Part shown: piece by piece, positions 44,921 through 52,510 of the stretch
How the letters are laid out: the number at the start of each line of letters is the position of its first letter
Numbering within the stretch: position 1 is the stretch's first letter
Source: a virus
Lineage: Duplodnaviria > Caudoviricetes
IMG/VR virus record: IMGVR_UViG_3300032257_000018
Coordinates: 1 to 52,510 of that record
Reading direction: 5' to 3' (one strand)
Length of the DNA: 52,510 bases
Translations under genes and position numbers: made by a program
Notes under the pieces: model-generated
What the model was told of the DNA's origin: nothing
The model's input: only the letters and a program-made list of their open reading frames with translations
Database searches by the model: none

Positions 44921-47900
44921 TAGTAGCTGTACTCCACAAGATTGAAATCGTTATATATTCGTGAGTTATCAATATACCCATATATGGAATAAGGAGCATA
45001 CCCATCAAAGGAAACTGAATGGAATCTACCCTGTATGCTTATTTCATCGTCTGGATCTGACAAGGTTATATCGTGAGTTACTACTGTCGGTATGTTCGGA
45101 GTAGAGATGTCATGAGTTGTGCCAGCGACATCAACACCATTGACCTGTACTTTTGTTTGAAAAGTACCAATTTGACCACTAGACATCTGCTTAGTAAATG
45201 ACACCCTAACAACCCCGGCCCTTTGCATAACAAAAGACACCATTCTTGCAAATGTAGTTGATGTGCTTCCCTCGGGTATTGTGACGGTTTTGGTGCCATC
45301 ATTACTTATTATTAATTTACTAGCCCCACCCGAAACACTGTAATTCTTTAATGCAAGATCACCACGAATCCTTAATGTTGATCCATCCCATGTCAATGAA
45401 TTATTTGTTGTAGCATTGCCAATAGAGAACTTATATGCAGCACCATCATAACCAAGGAAGAAGCCTGTTCCTGTGTTGTAGGCAGACTGCCCGCCTTTAA
45501 TCCAACTTCCAGTGTTTAGTGTTATATTTCCCGATGAAATGGTACCCAGGGCCGCAGATATTGCGCCGAGTGAATTGACGGTAATTTGTTGAGCGGTTAT
45601 TGTGTTCGCCGCTATTCTGGCGGAAGCTAAATAGCCTGTGTTTATTTTCGCGGCATCGAGGCTTGCAATCTTTGCATTATCAACAGCAAGGTTACCGATC
45701 TTGGCATTAACTATTGCGGCGTCCTGAATCATGGCGTTTTTCATGTAGACCACGCCACCATTAACTATAAATGGGTAATTTGTTGTAACGCCGACATCAC
45801 CGATAGCAAACGTGCCGACTTTGGCAATAAATGCGCTTGTTGGTGTTCCGTTATTATTAGTTGATATCAATCCATAACCGGCAATATATCCATTATTATC
45901 TATCTTGACAGTGTACTTACCCTGGATGCCATTAATGCTTGATAGGTTTGTTGATATCGACGTACTGTTACTTCCAACAGAGCTATTTAAGGTTGTGATG
46001 CTACTTGCATGGCTTGTTAAAACGCCTTCATTGGAAGTTACTCTTGCATCAAGACTGGTCGCGGCCGCAGCATTGGCATTCACACCGGTTGTCGGGTCGT
46101 CAACAGTTGCTTTCAGTAAGCTAATATCGCTTGAATTAACAGATATATTACCATTGGCACTTGTAACAGCTGTATCAAGCACCCCTATCGCGGATGCATT
46201 TGCAGCGACACCGGTTGTCGGATCATTCACTGTAGATTTTAAACTGGTAATCTCCGACGCATTTGCAGAAATGCCACTTTGATTGGTTACTACCACGGCA
46301 TTTAGTGCAGTCAGCCCGCTTGCATTTGCATTTACACCGGTTGTCGGGTCATTGACCGTGGATTTTAAACTGGTAATCTCCGACGCATTTGCAGAAATGC
46401 CACTTTGATTGGTTGCTACCACGACATTTAGTGCAGTCAGCCCGCTTGCATTTGCATTTACACCGGTTGTCGGGTCGTCAACAGTTGCTTTCAGTGAGCT
46501 AATATCGCTTGAATTAACAGATATATTACCATTAGCACTTGTAACGGCTGTATCAAGCACCCCTATCGCAGATGCATTTGCAGCGACACCGGTTGTCGGA
46601 TCATTCACTGTAGATTTTAACGTGGTTACTTCTACCGCATTCGCCGATACCCCGGCCGCGTTATTTGTTACCCTTACGTCCAGGGCATTAAGAGCGGCAG
46701 ATGACGCAGGAGGGCTATATCGCGCTATTGCCACCCAGTCAATCTCAATAACGTCTAAAGCATCAACACCGATATCAAGCCGTAATCCCGTGATGGTGTT
46801 ACTCATCCAGTCATTACCGCCGACGGTCAAACTTTCCATATCAAAAGAAAGTATCTCCCAGCCACCAGCATCAAAATTAGCAGGCTTTGAAATATCCTTT
46901 CTGTAGCTTCCATTGAAGCCATGACCTGCAGTTGTGAAATAACAGGCTCCATCCCACCCGGTACCGGATATCCTTCTTGCCCTGACAACGACTTGAGGAT
47001 AAAGCCCCCCATTCACTGTCAATCCTGAAGGTGAAACTATTTGCGGATCTGCCGCGCTTCCGGTTGCTCTCATATAATAGGTATTTGTCGCAAGCGTAGC
47101 GTTGAAAGCTGTCCAGCCATCCAGTGAGTTTTCAAACTCCCACAACGAATTAGGCTCTGGATCTATATTTGCGCCTGCACTCGACGACACTGACAATGAT
47201 GTTATTGCCGCTTGGTTAGATAGTATTCCCGCAGCGTTATTCGCAATATCATTTGCTTGAGCTACAAGAGCAGAAGCATTAGCAGCATTCTGGTCAACAA
47301 GGCCGGTAGTGGGAGCATCAATCAAGTCAATGCGTGATGAAAGTGCTGCAGCCAGTTCAGACGATGATATCTGCCCGTTAAGCATGCCAATAATATAAGG
47401 GATATCAGGCGCAGTTGATCCAGAAACGCCTGCAACCGCATTAAAAGGCCCGTTTATATTGGATGTTGAGACATCACGAACCCAATAGTAATAAGTTGCG
47501 CCAACCGTTACATTGCCATCAGCGAAAACAGAAGACTGCGATGTACCCACCATGACTGCGGTACCGAGATCATTCGACGTTGAGCGCCATATTTCTGTGA
47601 ATGCTCTCAAGCTAAACCCGGTATCAGTCCAACTTAAAATAATATGCGTTAATGCACCCGAAGCAGTGAGCCCGGTAATAGCTGGCGGTATAGTGGAATT
47701 TGTACTTGGTGATGGAGGAACAACCGGTGTATATGATCCATTTCTACCCGGACCACCACCACCCTGAACAACCGCAATATTACCATCAACTAATTCTTGC
47801 AGTGTAATATAGCGATTATAAGGGTCACGCTTGCCCTGTCCTGTTTCAACAATTTCCTTCAATGCATCCAGGGCAGGCTTTGAATTTTTACTAACATGCT

Positions 47901-47940
47901 CGGTAATTGCCGGAATATTAGGTAAGTTAATTTTACTCAT
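44920..47940 (-). CDS. Tail fibre / host-specificity protein (FN3, carbohydrate-binding-like insert, coiled-coil repeats, DUF1983-like domain)
   Basis: TEIWRS...YYYWVR FN3-like; DPQI...ITGLRLD...IEIDWV CBM-like; KYTVKID.NGYIAGYGL...PFIV.GG.VYM..A.I.DA.I..AKI. Confidence 0.85.
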   Translation of the reverse strand: MSKINLPNIPAITEHVSKNSKPALDALKEIVETGQGKRDPYNRYITLQELVDGNIAVVQGGGGPGRNGSYTPVVPPSPSTNSTIPPAITGLTASGALTHIILSWTDTGFSLRAFTEIWRSTSNDLGTAVMVGTSQSSVFADGNVTVGATYYYWVRDVSTSNINGPFNAVAGVSGSTAPDIPYIIGMLNGQISSSELAAALSSRIDLIDAPTTGLVDQNAANASALVAQANDIANNAAGILSNQAAITSLSVSSSAGANIDPEPNSLWEFENSLDGWTAFNATLATNTYYMRATGSAADPQIVSPSGLTVNGGLYPQVVVRARRISGTGWDGACYFTTAGHGFNGSYRKDISKPANFDAGGWEILSFDMESLTVGGNDWMSNTITGLRLDIGVDALDVIEIDWVAIARYSPPASSAALNALDVRVTNNAAGVSANAVEVTTLKSTVNDPTTGVAANASAIGVLDTAVTSANGNISVNSSDISSLKATVDDPTTGVNANASGLTALNVVVATNQSGISANASEITSLKSTVNDPTTGVNANASGLTALNAVVVTNQSGISANASEITSLKSTVNDPTTGVAANASAIGVLDTAVTSANGNISVNSSDISLLKATVDDPTTGVNANAAAATSLDARVTSNEGVLTSHASSITTLNSSVGSNSTSISTNLSSINGIQGKYTVKIDNNGYIAGYGLISTNNNGTPTSAFIAKVGTFAIGDVGVTTNYPFIVNGGVVYMKNAMIQDAAIVNAKIGNLAVDNAKIASLDAAKINTGYLASARIAANTITAQQITVNSLGAISAALGTISSGNITLNTGSWIKGGQSAYNTGTGFFLGYDGAAYKFSIGNATTNNSLTWDGSTLRIRGDLALKNYSVSGGASKLIISNDGTKTVTIPEGSTSTTFARMVSFVMQRAGVVRVSFTKQMSSGQIGTFQTKVQVNGVDVAGTTHDISTPNIPTVVTHDITLSDPDDEISIQGRFHSVSFDGYAPYSIYGYIDNSRIYNDFNLVEYSY
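46070..46625 (-). repeat. 126-nt (42-aa) tandem coding repeat in the tail fibre
   Basis: CACCGGTTGTCGG at 46083, 46209, 46335, 46461, 46587; A-B-B-A unit order. Confidence 0.9.
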
Positions 47941-49574
47941 GTCATTTGAAGCTCGGCCATTGTTTCAGCTACAGTGATTTCTTCAACCCTGGCTGTTCCA
48001 GCTAAACTAAATACAATCTTTTTCCCAAGGTATCCAGATGGAAGTCTAAATGGCTCAGAGTCAACAATGGCTTGCGTATGCTGAATAACACCATCTATAG
48101 ATAATGTGAAATCGAGTGTTCCGCCGAATTGTACATTACTAAGAACGCGGGCCGCACCCATGTTTATGGGCTTGGGTGTGATAAACTTTTTCGACGCCCA
48201 TGAATAAGTAAGTGGATTAGCAGTGTCATCGTCAAACTTAACGATATCGGCCCCGACCTGAAGATAAAGAATGTCTTCAATTAAATTATTAAAGCCCGCG
48301 TCTGCATACGCAGTAAGAAAGGTAAAAGGATTGTCTGAACTACTCGGATCAAATATAAAGCCGCCTTGTATGGTGCCTGTGTCATAAAACCCAACATACT
48401 TGCCATCCACCATATATCCTTGCATTGTATCCGGACTAAAAGCATCCCAAAATGTACGATCAATAACACCTTCAGTAGCAAGCCTAACGCCACCCGTAGA
48501 AACAGCAACCAATCCATCAGGCGACGGATATACAGCGACATCACCAAGATCAACAATACCGCGCTTACTCACACATGCTTGGTTTAGCTCCAACTTAACC
48601 AGCGTCATACTTGATCCATCAGTACCAATAGCGATATAAGGATTGCCGGTTGTTGCCACCAAAAGACTATTGCCGAATGCAGATAAACCAACAATCGGAT
48701 AATCAGTTGCAAGCCGGTAGTTGATAGGCCAAGCGTGAAGCTGATAATTAACAGAAATACACAATTCCTTTCCAGAAAAGCCGACACCGATACCATTAGG
48801 CATGATTGTTATTCCTGCCATATTTGCAGGAGGCGCATCCCAATCAGTGCTTTGAATGGCTTCACCTAAAGACGTATCCATAATGACATCAGAGAATGAT
48901 GTATTTGCGATAGGTATTTCAGCAACAAACAAATATGCAGTTCCGGAGCTTCCGGTTATCGCCCGGTATATGCGCTTAACAGCACTTGCGCCCAGGTTAT
49001 AACTACCCCCCGGAGAGACTGACATCAATGAAAGATCAACCGTTTGAAGTGGACCAACATCAACAACAGCCGACACAGGCGACGGAGGGCCTTCCTCGCC
49101 CCATGGAGTCACATAAGTATAAACATATGCCCTGCTTACATTGTCAGCAGGATCGGTCGCAGGAGTACCAACAAGGGCCAATGTAGCAGCCGCCGCAGGT
49201 GCAGGAACACCGAGCGTAAAGGAGTTATTAGGGTAATCAGTCCCGACTCCACTGGTCGCTATGGTTGCATCCGTTACCTTTGGAACACCATCCCCGGTAA
49301 AATATGTTCTTTCCTGGGTATCTGAAATAATGGGACTTCGAACAACATCGACATCGGTTGTCCAGTGAAACCAGAATGAATTAGCAAATTTATAAATCGT
49401 TTTTATGGCACCCACTTTTGTCGGCGTCCATTCAACTGTCATACCATCTAAAGGCTTGAGATCTCCACTTGTTAGCCTACAATCAATGGCTGAACCGGAA
49501 TTGTACTTACTCAAGAGTCTTTTTGACATCCCCGGAAACGAGCCAAGAAACTTATCGATTTTAATAACAGACAC
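47937..49574 (-). CDS. Tail nozzle / tail tubular protein
   Basis: YVYTYVT.WGEEGPPSP, RIYR, HAWP..Y, QACVSKRGIVD, YPSPDGLV, W.SKKF; beta-rich; GTG start. Confidence 0.8.
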   Translation of the reverse strand: MSVIKIDKFLGSFPGMSKRLLSKYNSGSAIDCRLTSGDLKPLDGMTVEWTPTKVGAIKTIYKFANSFWFHWTTDVDVVRSPIISDTQERTYFTGDGVPKVTDATIATSGVGTDYPNNSFTLGVPAPAAAATLALVGTPATDPADNVSRAYVYTYVTPWGEEGPPSPVSAVVDVGPLQTVDLSLMSVSPGGSYNLGASAVKRIYRAITGSSGTAYLFVAEIPIANTSFSDVIMDTSLGEAIQSTDWDAPPANMAGITIMPNGIGVGFSGKELCISVNYQLHAWPINYRLATDYPIVGLSAFGNSLLVATTGNPYIAIGTDGSSMTLVKLELNQACVSKRGIVDLGDVAVYPSPDGLVAVSTGGVRLATEGVIDRTFWDAFSPDTMQGYMVDGKYVGFYDTGTIQGGFIFDPSSSDNPFTFLTAYADAGFNNLIEDILYLQVGADIVKFDDDTANPLTYSWASKKFITPKPINMGAARVLSNVQFGGTLDFTLSIDGVIQHTQAIVDSEPFRLPSGYLGKKIVFSLAGTARVEEITVAETMAELQMT

Positions 49575-49585
49575 AGGCAGCCCCT

Positions 49586-49834
49586 TTATTTTTTATTAAC
49601 TGTATCAATCAACGCATTAAGCTGATTGACGACCTCAGTATGTATCCTGGCTATATCCCTATAATTTCGGATAATCGCTTTATTCGTTCCGTCAATTGGT
49701 ACCGGAAGCGCCCGATCCCTTTTTATCAGTAGTGATGCTGATATTTCTGGCTCCGGTAAGGATTTCACGCGCCAATTGCAAGCCTGAAGCATTAAGGCAC
49801 TCACGATTAGCAATGTCAGGGTTATTTTTTTCAT
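49586..49834 (-). CDS. o-spanin (Rz1-like lipoprotein)
   Basis: Lipobox-like LQAC after a hydrophobic signal; Pro-containing; overlaps the 3' part of the i-spanin. Confidence 0.8.
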   Translation of the reverse strand: MKKITLTLLIVSALMLQACNWRVKSLPEPEISASLLIKRDRALPVPIDGTNKAIIRNYRDIARIHTEVVNQLNALIDTVNKK

Positions 49835-50117
49835 AAACGTGGACCTTTTTTTCTATGACTCGATCAACTTTGCGCGCTTCTCCCTGCACCTTGATGTATC
49901 TTATTTCAACTTTCCTGTTATGCGCGCTTTGTTTCTTGTATTTATCCAGTGCCTTATTCACCGCATCAATTTCAGCTTTCGCATATTGACCAGAAACATA
50001 CTGATATGACAGATATGCACCGAATGAAAATGAAGCTATCGCAATGGCAAGCAACCACGGCCATAAGGTGAATAGACTACCCAGTACCGGGAAGCGACCA
50101 AGCATGTACTTAATCAT
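49692..50117 (-). CDS. i-spanin (Rz-like)
   Basis: N-terminal TM, coiled coil, C-terminal Cys; in the lysis cassette. Confidence 0.8.
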   Translation of the reverse strand: MIKYMLGRFPVLGSLFTLWPWLLAIAIASFSFGAYLSYQYVSGQYAKAEIDAVNKALDKYKKQSAHNRKVEIRYIKVQGEARKVDRVIEKKVHVYEKNNPDIANRECLNASGLQLAREILTGARNISITTDKKGSGASGTN

Positions 50118-50314
50118 TTTGAAATCGGCTCACTGGTAATTGTTCTCAGATACGCGCCACCCATTGCATGAATAACGCCAATCAAGACCGTAACAACGGC
50201 AAAGGTTTCAACTGGCATTAATGGCGCCAGTAAACTGATACTGCCATTCAACGCTTGAATACCACCCATAATGACATTGAATTTTAGTGTTTTTGATTCT
50301 GATAATTTTTTCAT
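50114..50314 (-). CDS. Putative holin
   Basis: 66 aa, two TM, SKT..FN and LR.IT..PI motifs; between endolysin and spanin. Confidence 0.7.
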   Translation of the reverse strand: MKKLSESKTLKFNVIMGGIQALNGSISLLAPLMPVETFAVVTVLIGVIHAMGGAYLRTITSEPISK

Positions 50315-50844
50315 GAAAGCCTCTCTCTTAATTCATCCCATGGAAACAATGGCCCTGGATCTTCTTTAACTGGCGCATTCCTTACGTGTGAAGTGTTATT
50401 CCATTCCTCACGAACAGCATCATGGCCCCGGATCTTATCAATCGAAAATCCATACTTATTCATTAAATACTTTAATAGGATATACAATGAATTCAGCTGA
50501 TCATCCGGGTATGCCTCCCATTTACCGCCAACCAGTTCAATGCCGACAGTAAAGCTGTTACAAAACATGCGGCCATCCATGATTGACTTACCCGCGTGAA
50601 AGGCTCTATGCGGCAATGGAACCAGTTCAATGACTTCACCATCCCGATCAATCAAGTAATGGGCTGATACCTTGTAATCTTCAAAGATCTTGCGGATAGC
50701 GCCCATATTGTACGGGTCATCAGGAAGTACATTCACGGCACTAATATAATGAATAATGGCCCCATCAACACGCGTAATGTCCTTAACAAACCCATATTTA
50801 TCCGAGTAGCATTTTTTCGGCAAATGGTTATGAGTGATGATCAT
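50311..50844 (-). CDS. Endolysin, N-acetylmuramoyl-L-alanine amidase (Amidase_2/AmpD-like)
   Basis: IIHYI, VSAHYLIDRDG, AFHAGKS, NSFTVGIEL, GH, DPGPLFPW. Confidence 0.92.
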   Translation of the reverse strand: MIITHNHLPKKCYSDKYGFVKDITRVDGAIIHYISAVNVLPDDPYNMGAIRKIFEDYKVSAHYLIDRDGEVIELVPLPHRAFHAGKSIMDGRMFCNSFTVGIELVGGKWEAYPDDQLNSLYILLKYLMNKYGFSIDKIRGHDAVREEWNNTSHVRNAPVKEDPGPLFPWDELRERLS

Positions 50845-51164
50845 TTATGTATCGTATCCTTGATTGAATCAATACTATTAAATATCTCGCGCGTATTGGT
50901 ATCAATGCGGCCTATATCTTTGCGAATAGGCTCAATGGCTTCTCGAATGAATTCTTTTACTTCATCCTTATCCAGATATCCGCCCGCAATACGCAGCTTA
51001 TGACTGGTATGATCTTCTTTAAGCACCAGGATAGTTTCTTGATTATAGTTATCCCTTTGCTTTGATTCTTTTTCCATTCTGCGTATCTCTCTCCATACCC
51101 ATGCAATAGGAACTGACAATAGCCATGCCAAATACTTAAATACCTCATTATCATTTCCAGTCAT
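50841..51164 (-). CDS. One-TM coiled-coil protein at the head of the lysis cassette (holin/antiholin-like)
   Basis: N-terminal hydrophobic helix, coiled coil; AAGGA SD; ATGA coupling to endolysin. Confidence 0.65.
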   Translation of the reverse strand: MTGNDNEVFKYLAWLLSVPIAWVWREIRRMEKESKQRDNYNQETILVLKEDHTSHKLRIAGGYLDKDEVKEFIREAIEPIRKDIGRIDTNTREIFNSIDSIKDTIHK

Positions 51165-51185
51165 TGCAAATCCTTATTGGTTGAA

Positions 51186-52510
51186 TTAAACCCGTGTTGT
51201 TGTAATTTTCTTACCCGGCACAGTAACGGATGTATTGTTTAACCCTGATACTGAAACAGTCGTACTTCTAACGCCTGACACCTGTACGGTTGTAACTGGA
51301 ATAGCGGCAATGAAGACCGACGTTCTTTTTATTGATGAAGTCGCAACAGGTATTAATGCTACTGCAGAACTTGAGCTTGCAATTCCGGCAGTGACTAATA
51401 ATGTCTTTAATACGGTAGCGGTAGTTGCGCTTGATGTTCCTGAATCGCCCCCATTAATTCGCGCTATAAGGCTCACTACAGCGGAACTTGATGATGATGT
51501 ACCTGACTCCGCCCCAGATACAGGAACTACCGTTTTACCCGATGAAACGCCGGATGTAGCGCATGATTCAGCACCACCCACCCGGCAGACTTTTGTACCC
51601 GCCGCAATCCCCGCAGACGTAGTGCAAGAATCGCCGCCAGACACATTAAATATTGTTGCGCCGGTATAAGTAGCATCGCCCGAAGATATGCACGACTCTA
51701 ACCCAGTCACTTTGCACGTTTTTAATGCAGACGCGACACCGGAGCTTGAAGTACTGGATTCCGCACCCGAAACAGATGCAATCTTTATCGCGCTTGATAC
51801 CGCTGCACTTGAAGTACTTGATTCAGATCCAGATACACTGGCTAGTTTTATGGCATTGACTGCAGAACCGGCGGAAGTACACGACTCTGAGCCCGATACT
51901 GGTAACCCAAGTATTGAACTTCCTGATCCAGATGAGGCGCAAGACTCTGAACCTGATACCTGAAGTACCCCGCCGCCACTTGCAGCATCATCAACTTGAA
52001 AATCATAAAATCTGCCATTATTATTGGCGTGTAAATTATGATGAAAACCTGCTCTTGTTCCTGTCGTTATGCCGCTATCCGTTGCTGTCAGATATGAAGT
52101 GCCATTAATCTTCCACTCAATGCTTGAACCGTTAACGCTGATTTCATGCGTATAGGTTGCGCTTGTATTCCAGCTTGTTACTACGTCGCTGGCAAGTGTT
52201 GTCCATGAATTATTAACAATTCTATCTATGTATATGCTTGGATCACCAACCCGGTGATTAAAGTTATAGTTTGTTTCAGAAGCGTTGGCTAAAACATTAT
52301 TATTACGCGCCATAATGGAATAACGATTATCAGCGCCACCACTATTCCAGTTTGCCGTTATCCACTGATCTGTTGTTCCGGCGTCAATTATAGCTCCACT
52401 GTTTGCAGCGGTTATATAAAGGCCACCTGAGCCGTCGAGCTTTACATTTCCAGAATTATCCGTCCAGCCACCACCCACGACATCAGTATCAGGCGTGTGC
52501 GCGTTTAGGT
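51186..52510 (-). CDS. Virion appendage protein: lectin-like beta-sandwich plus Ser/Gly-rich repeats; 5' end outside window
   Basis: Frame is open to the window end (..LNAHTPDTDVVGGGW); ConA-like domain ending RFYDFQV; ~9 repeats of VSGxESxxSS at 20-22 aa spacing. Confidence 0.75.
   Translation of the reverse strand, partial: LNAHTPDTDVVGGGWTDNSGNVKLDGSGGLYITAANSGAIIDAGTTDQWITANWNSGGADNRYSIMARNNNVLANASETNYNFNHRVGDPSIYIDRIVNNSWTTLASDVVTSWNTSATYTHEISVNGSSIEWKINGTSYLTATDSGITTGTRAGFHHNLHANNNGRFYDFQVDDAASGGGVLQVSGSESCASSGSGSSILGLPVSGSESCTSAGSAVNAIKLASVSGSESSTSSAAVSSAIKIASVSGAESSTSSSGVASALKTCKVTGLESCISSGDATYTGATIFNVSGGDSCTTSAGIAAGTKVCRVGGAESCATSGVSSGKTVVPVSGAESGTSSSSSAVVSLIARINGGDSGTSSATTATVLKTLLVTAGIASSSSAVALIPVATSSIKRTSVFIAAIPVTTVQVSGVRSTTVSVSGLNNTSVTVPGKKITTTRV

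Larger units (their letters stand above)
1..52510. mobile_element. Temperate tailed phage genome (podovirus-like, with ejection proteins), nearly complete and circularly permuted
   Basis: Full head, tail, lysis, replication, immunity and integration modules; no host housekeeping genes; intact attP; both ends fall in truncated minus-strand virion-module ORFs. Confidence 0.95.

Noticed and set aside
46070-46625. CRISPR array or DGR template/variable repeat
   Set aside because: Repeats are in-frame coding units with similar rather than unique spacers; differences are few and not adenine-specific; no cas or reverse transcriptase gene in the window
1-52510. Direct end-to-end circular join of the window
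   Set aside because: Joining the ends puts the ORF from 149 into a frame that stops after 7 codons and leaves the 51186 ORF without its 5' part; no terminal overlap is visible, so a gap is more likely

Overview
Nearly complete, circularly permuted genome of a temperate podovirus-like phage, apparently in its unintegrated form (intact attP whose 26-bp core is the 3' end of a proteobacterial tRNA-Gly). Minus strand: TerS/TerL, portal, scaffold, N4-gp56-type major capsid, adaptors and an appendage module that runs off both window ends; then lysis (amidase, holin, Rz/Rz1), tail nozzle, tail fibre, ejection proteins and a 4589-aa polyvalent DarB-like protein (C5-MTase-like, N6-MTase, SF2 helicase, zincin-like peptidase, ADP-ribosyltransferase-like). 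The early region is lambdoid-like: CI without a peptidase domain, replication initiator with iterons, nin-like genes, Q-like antiterminator, RecE/Bet/SSB, MazG, Xis/Int. Most interesting: (1) two or three small genes overprinted in the +1 frame inside the giant gene's linkers; the best two carry their own promoter or translation signals and end just before a DNA-modifying or toxin-like domain; (2) two late promoters 33.7 kb apart sharing a 19/20-bp element, each followed by a short terminated leader; (3) a UvrD helicase gene carrying the immunity-region operator 6 kb from cI; (4) a host-type parS palindrome just before terS; (5) face-to-face lytic/lysogenic promoters with no recognisable Cro; (6) a structured intergenic RNA with an anti-Shine-Dalgarno tract. 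Family assignments come from motif recognition by eye; no database searches were run.
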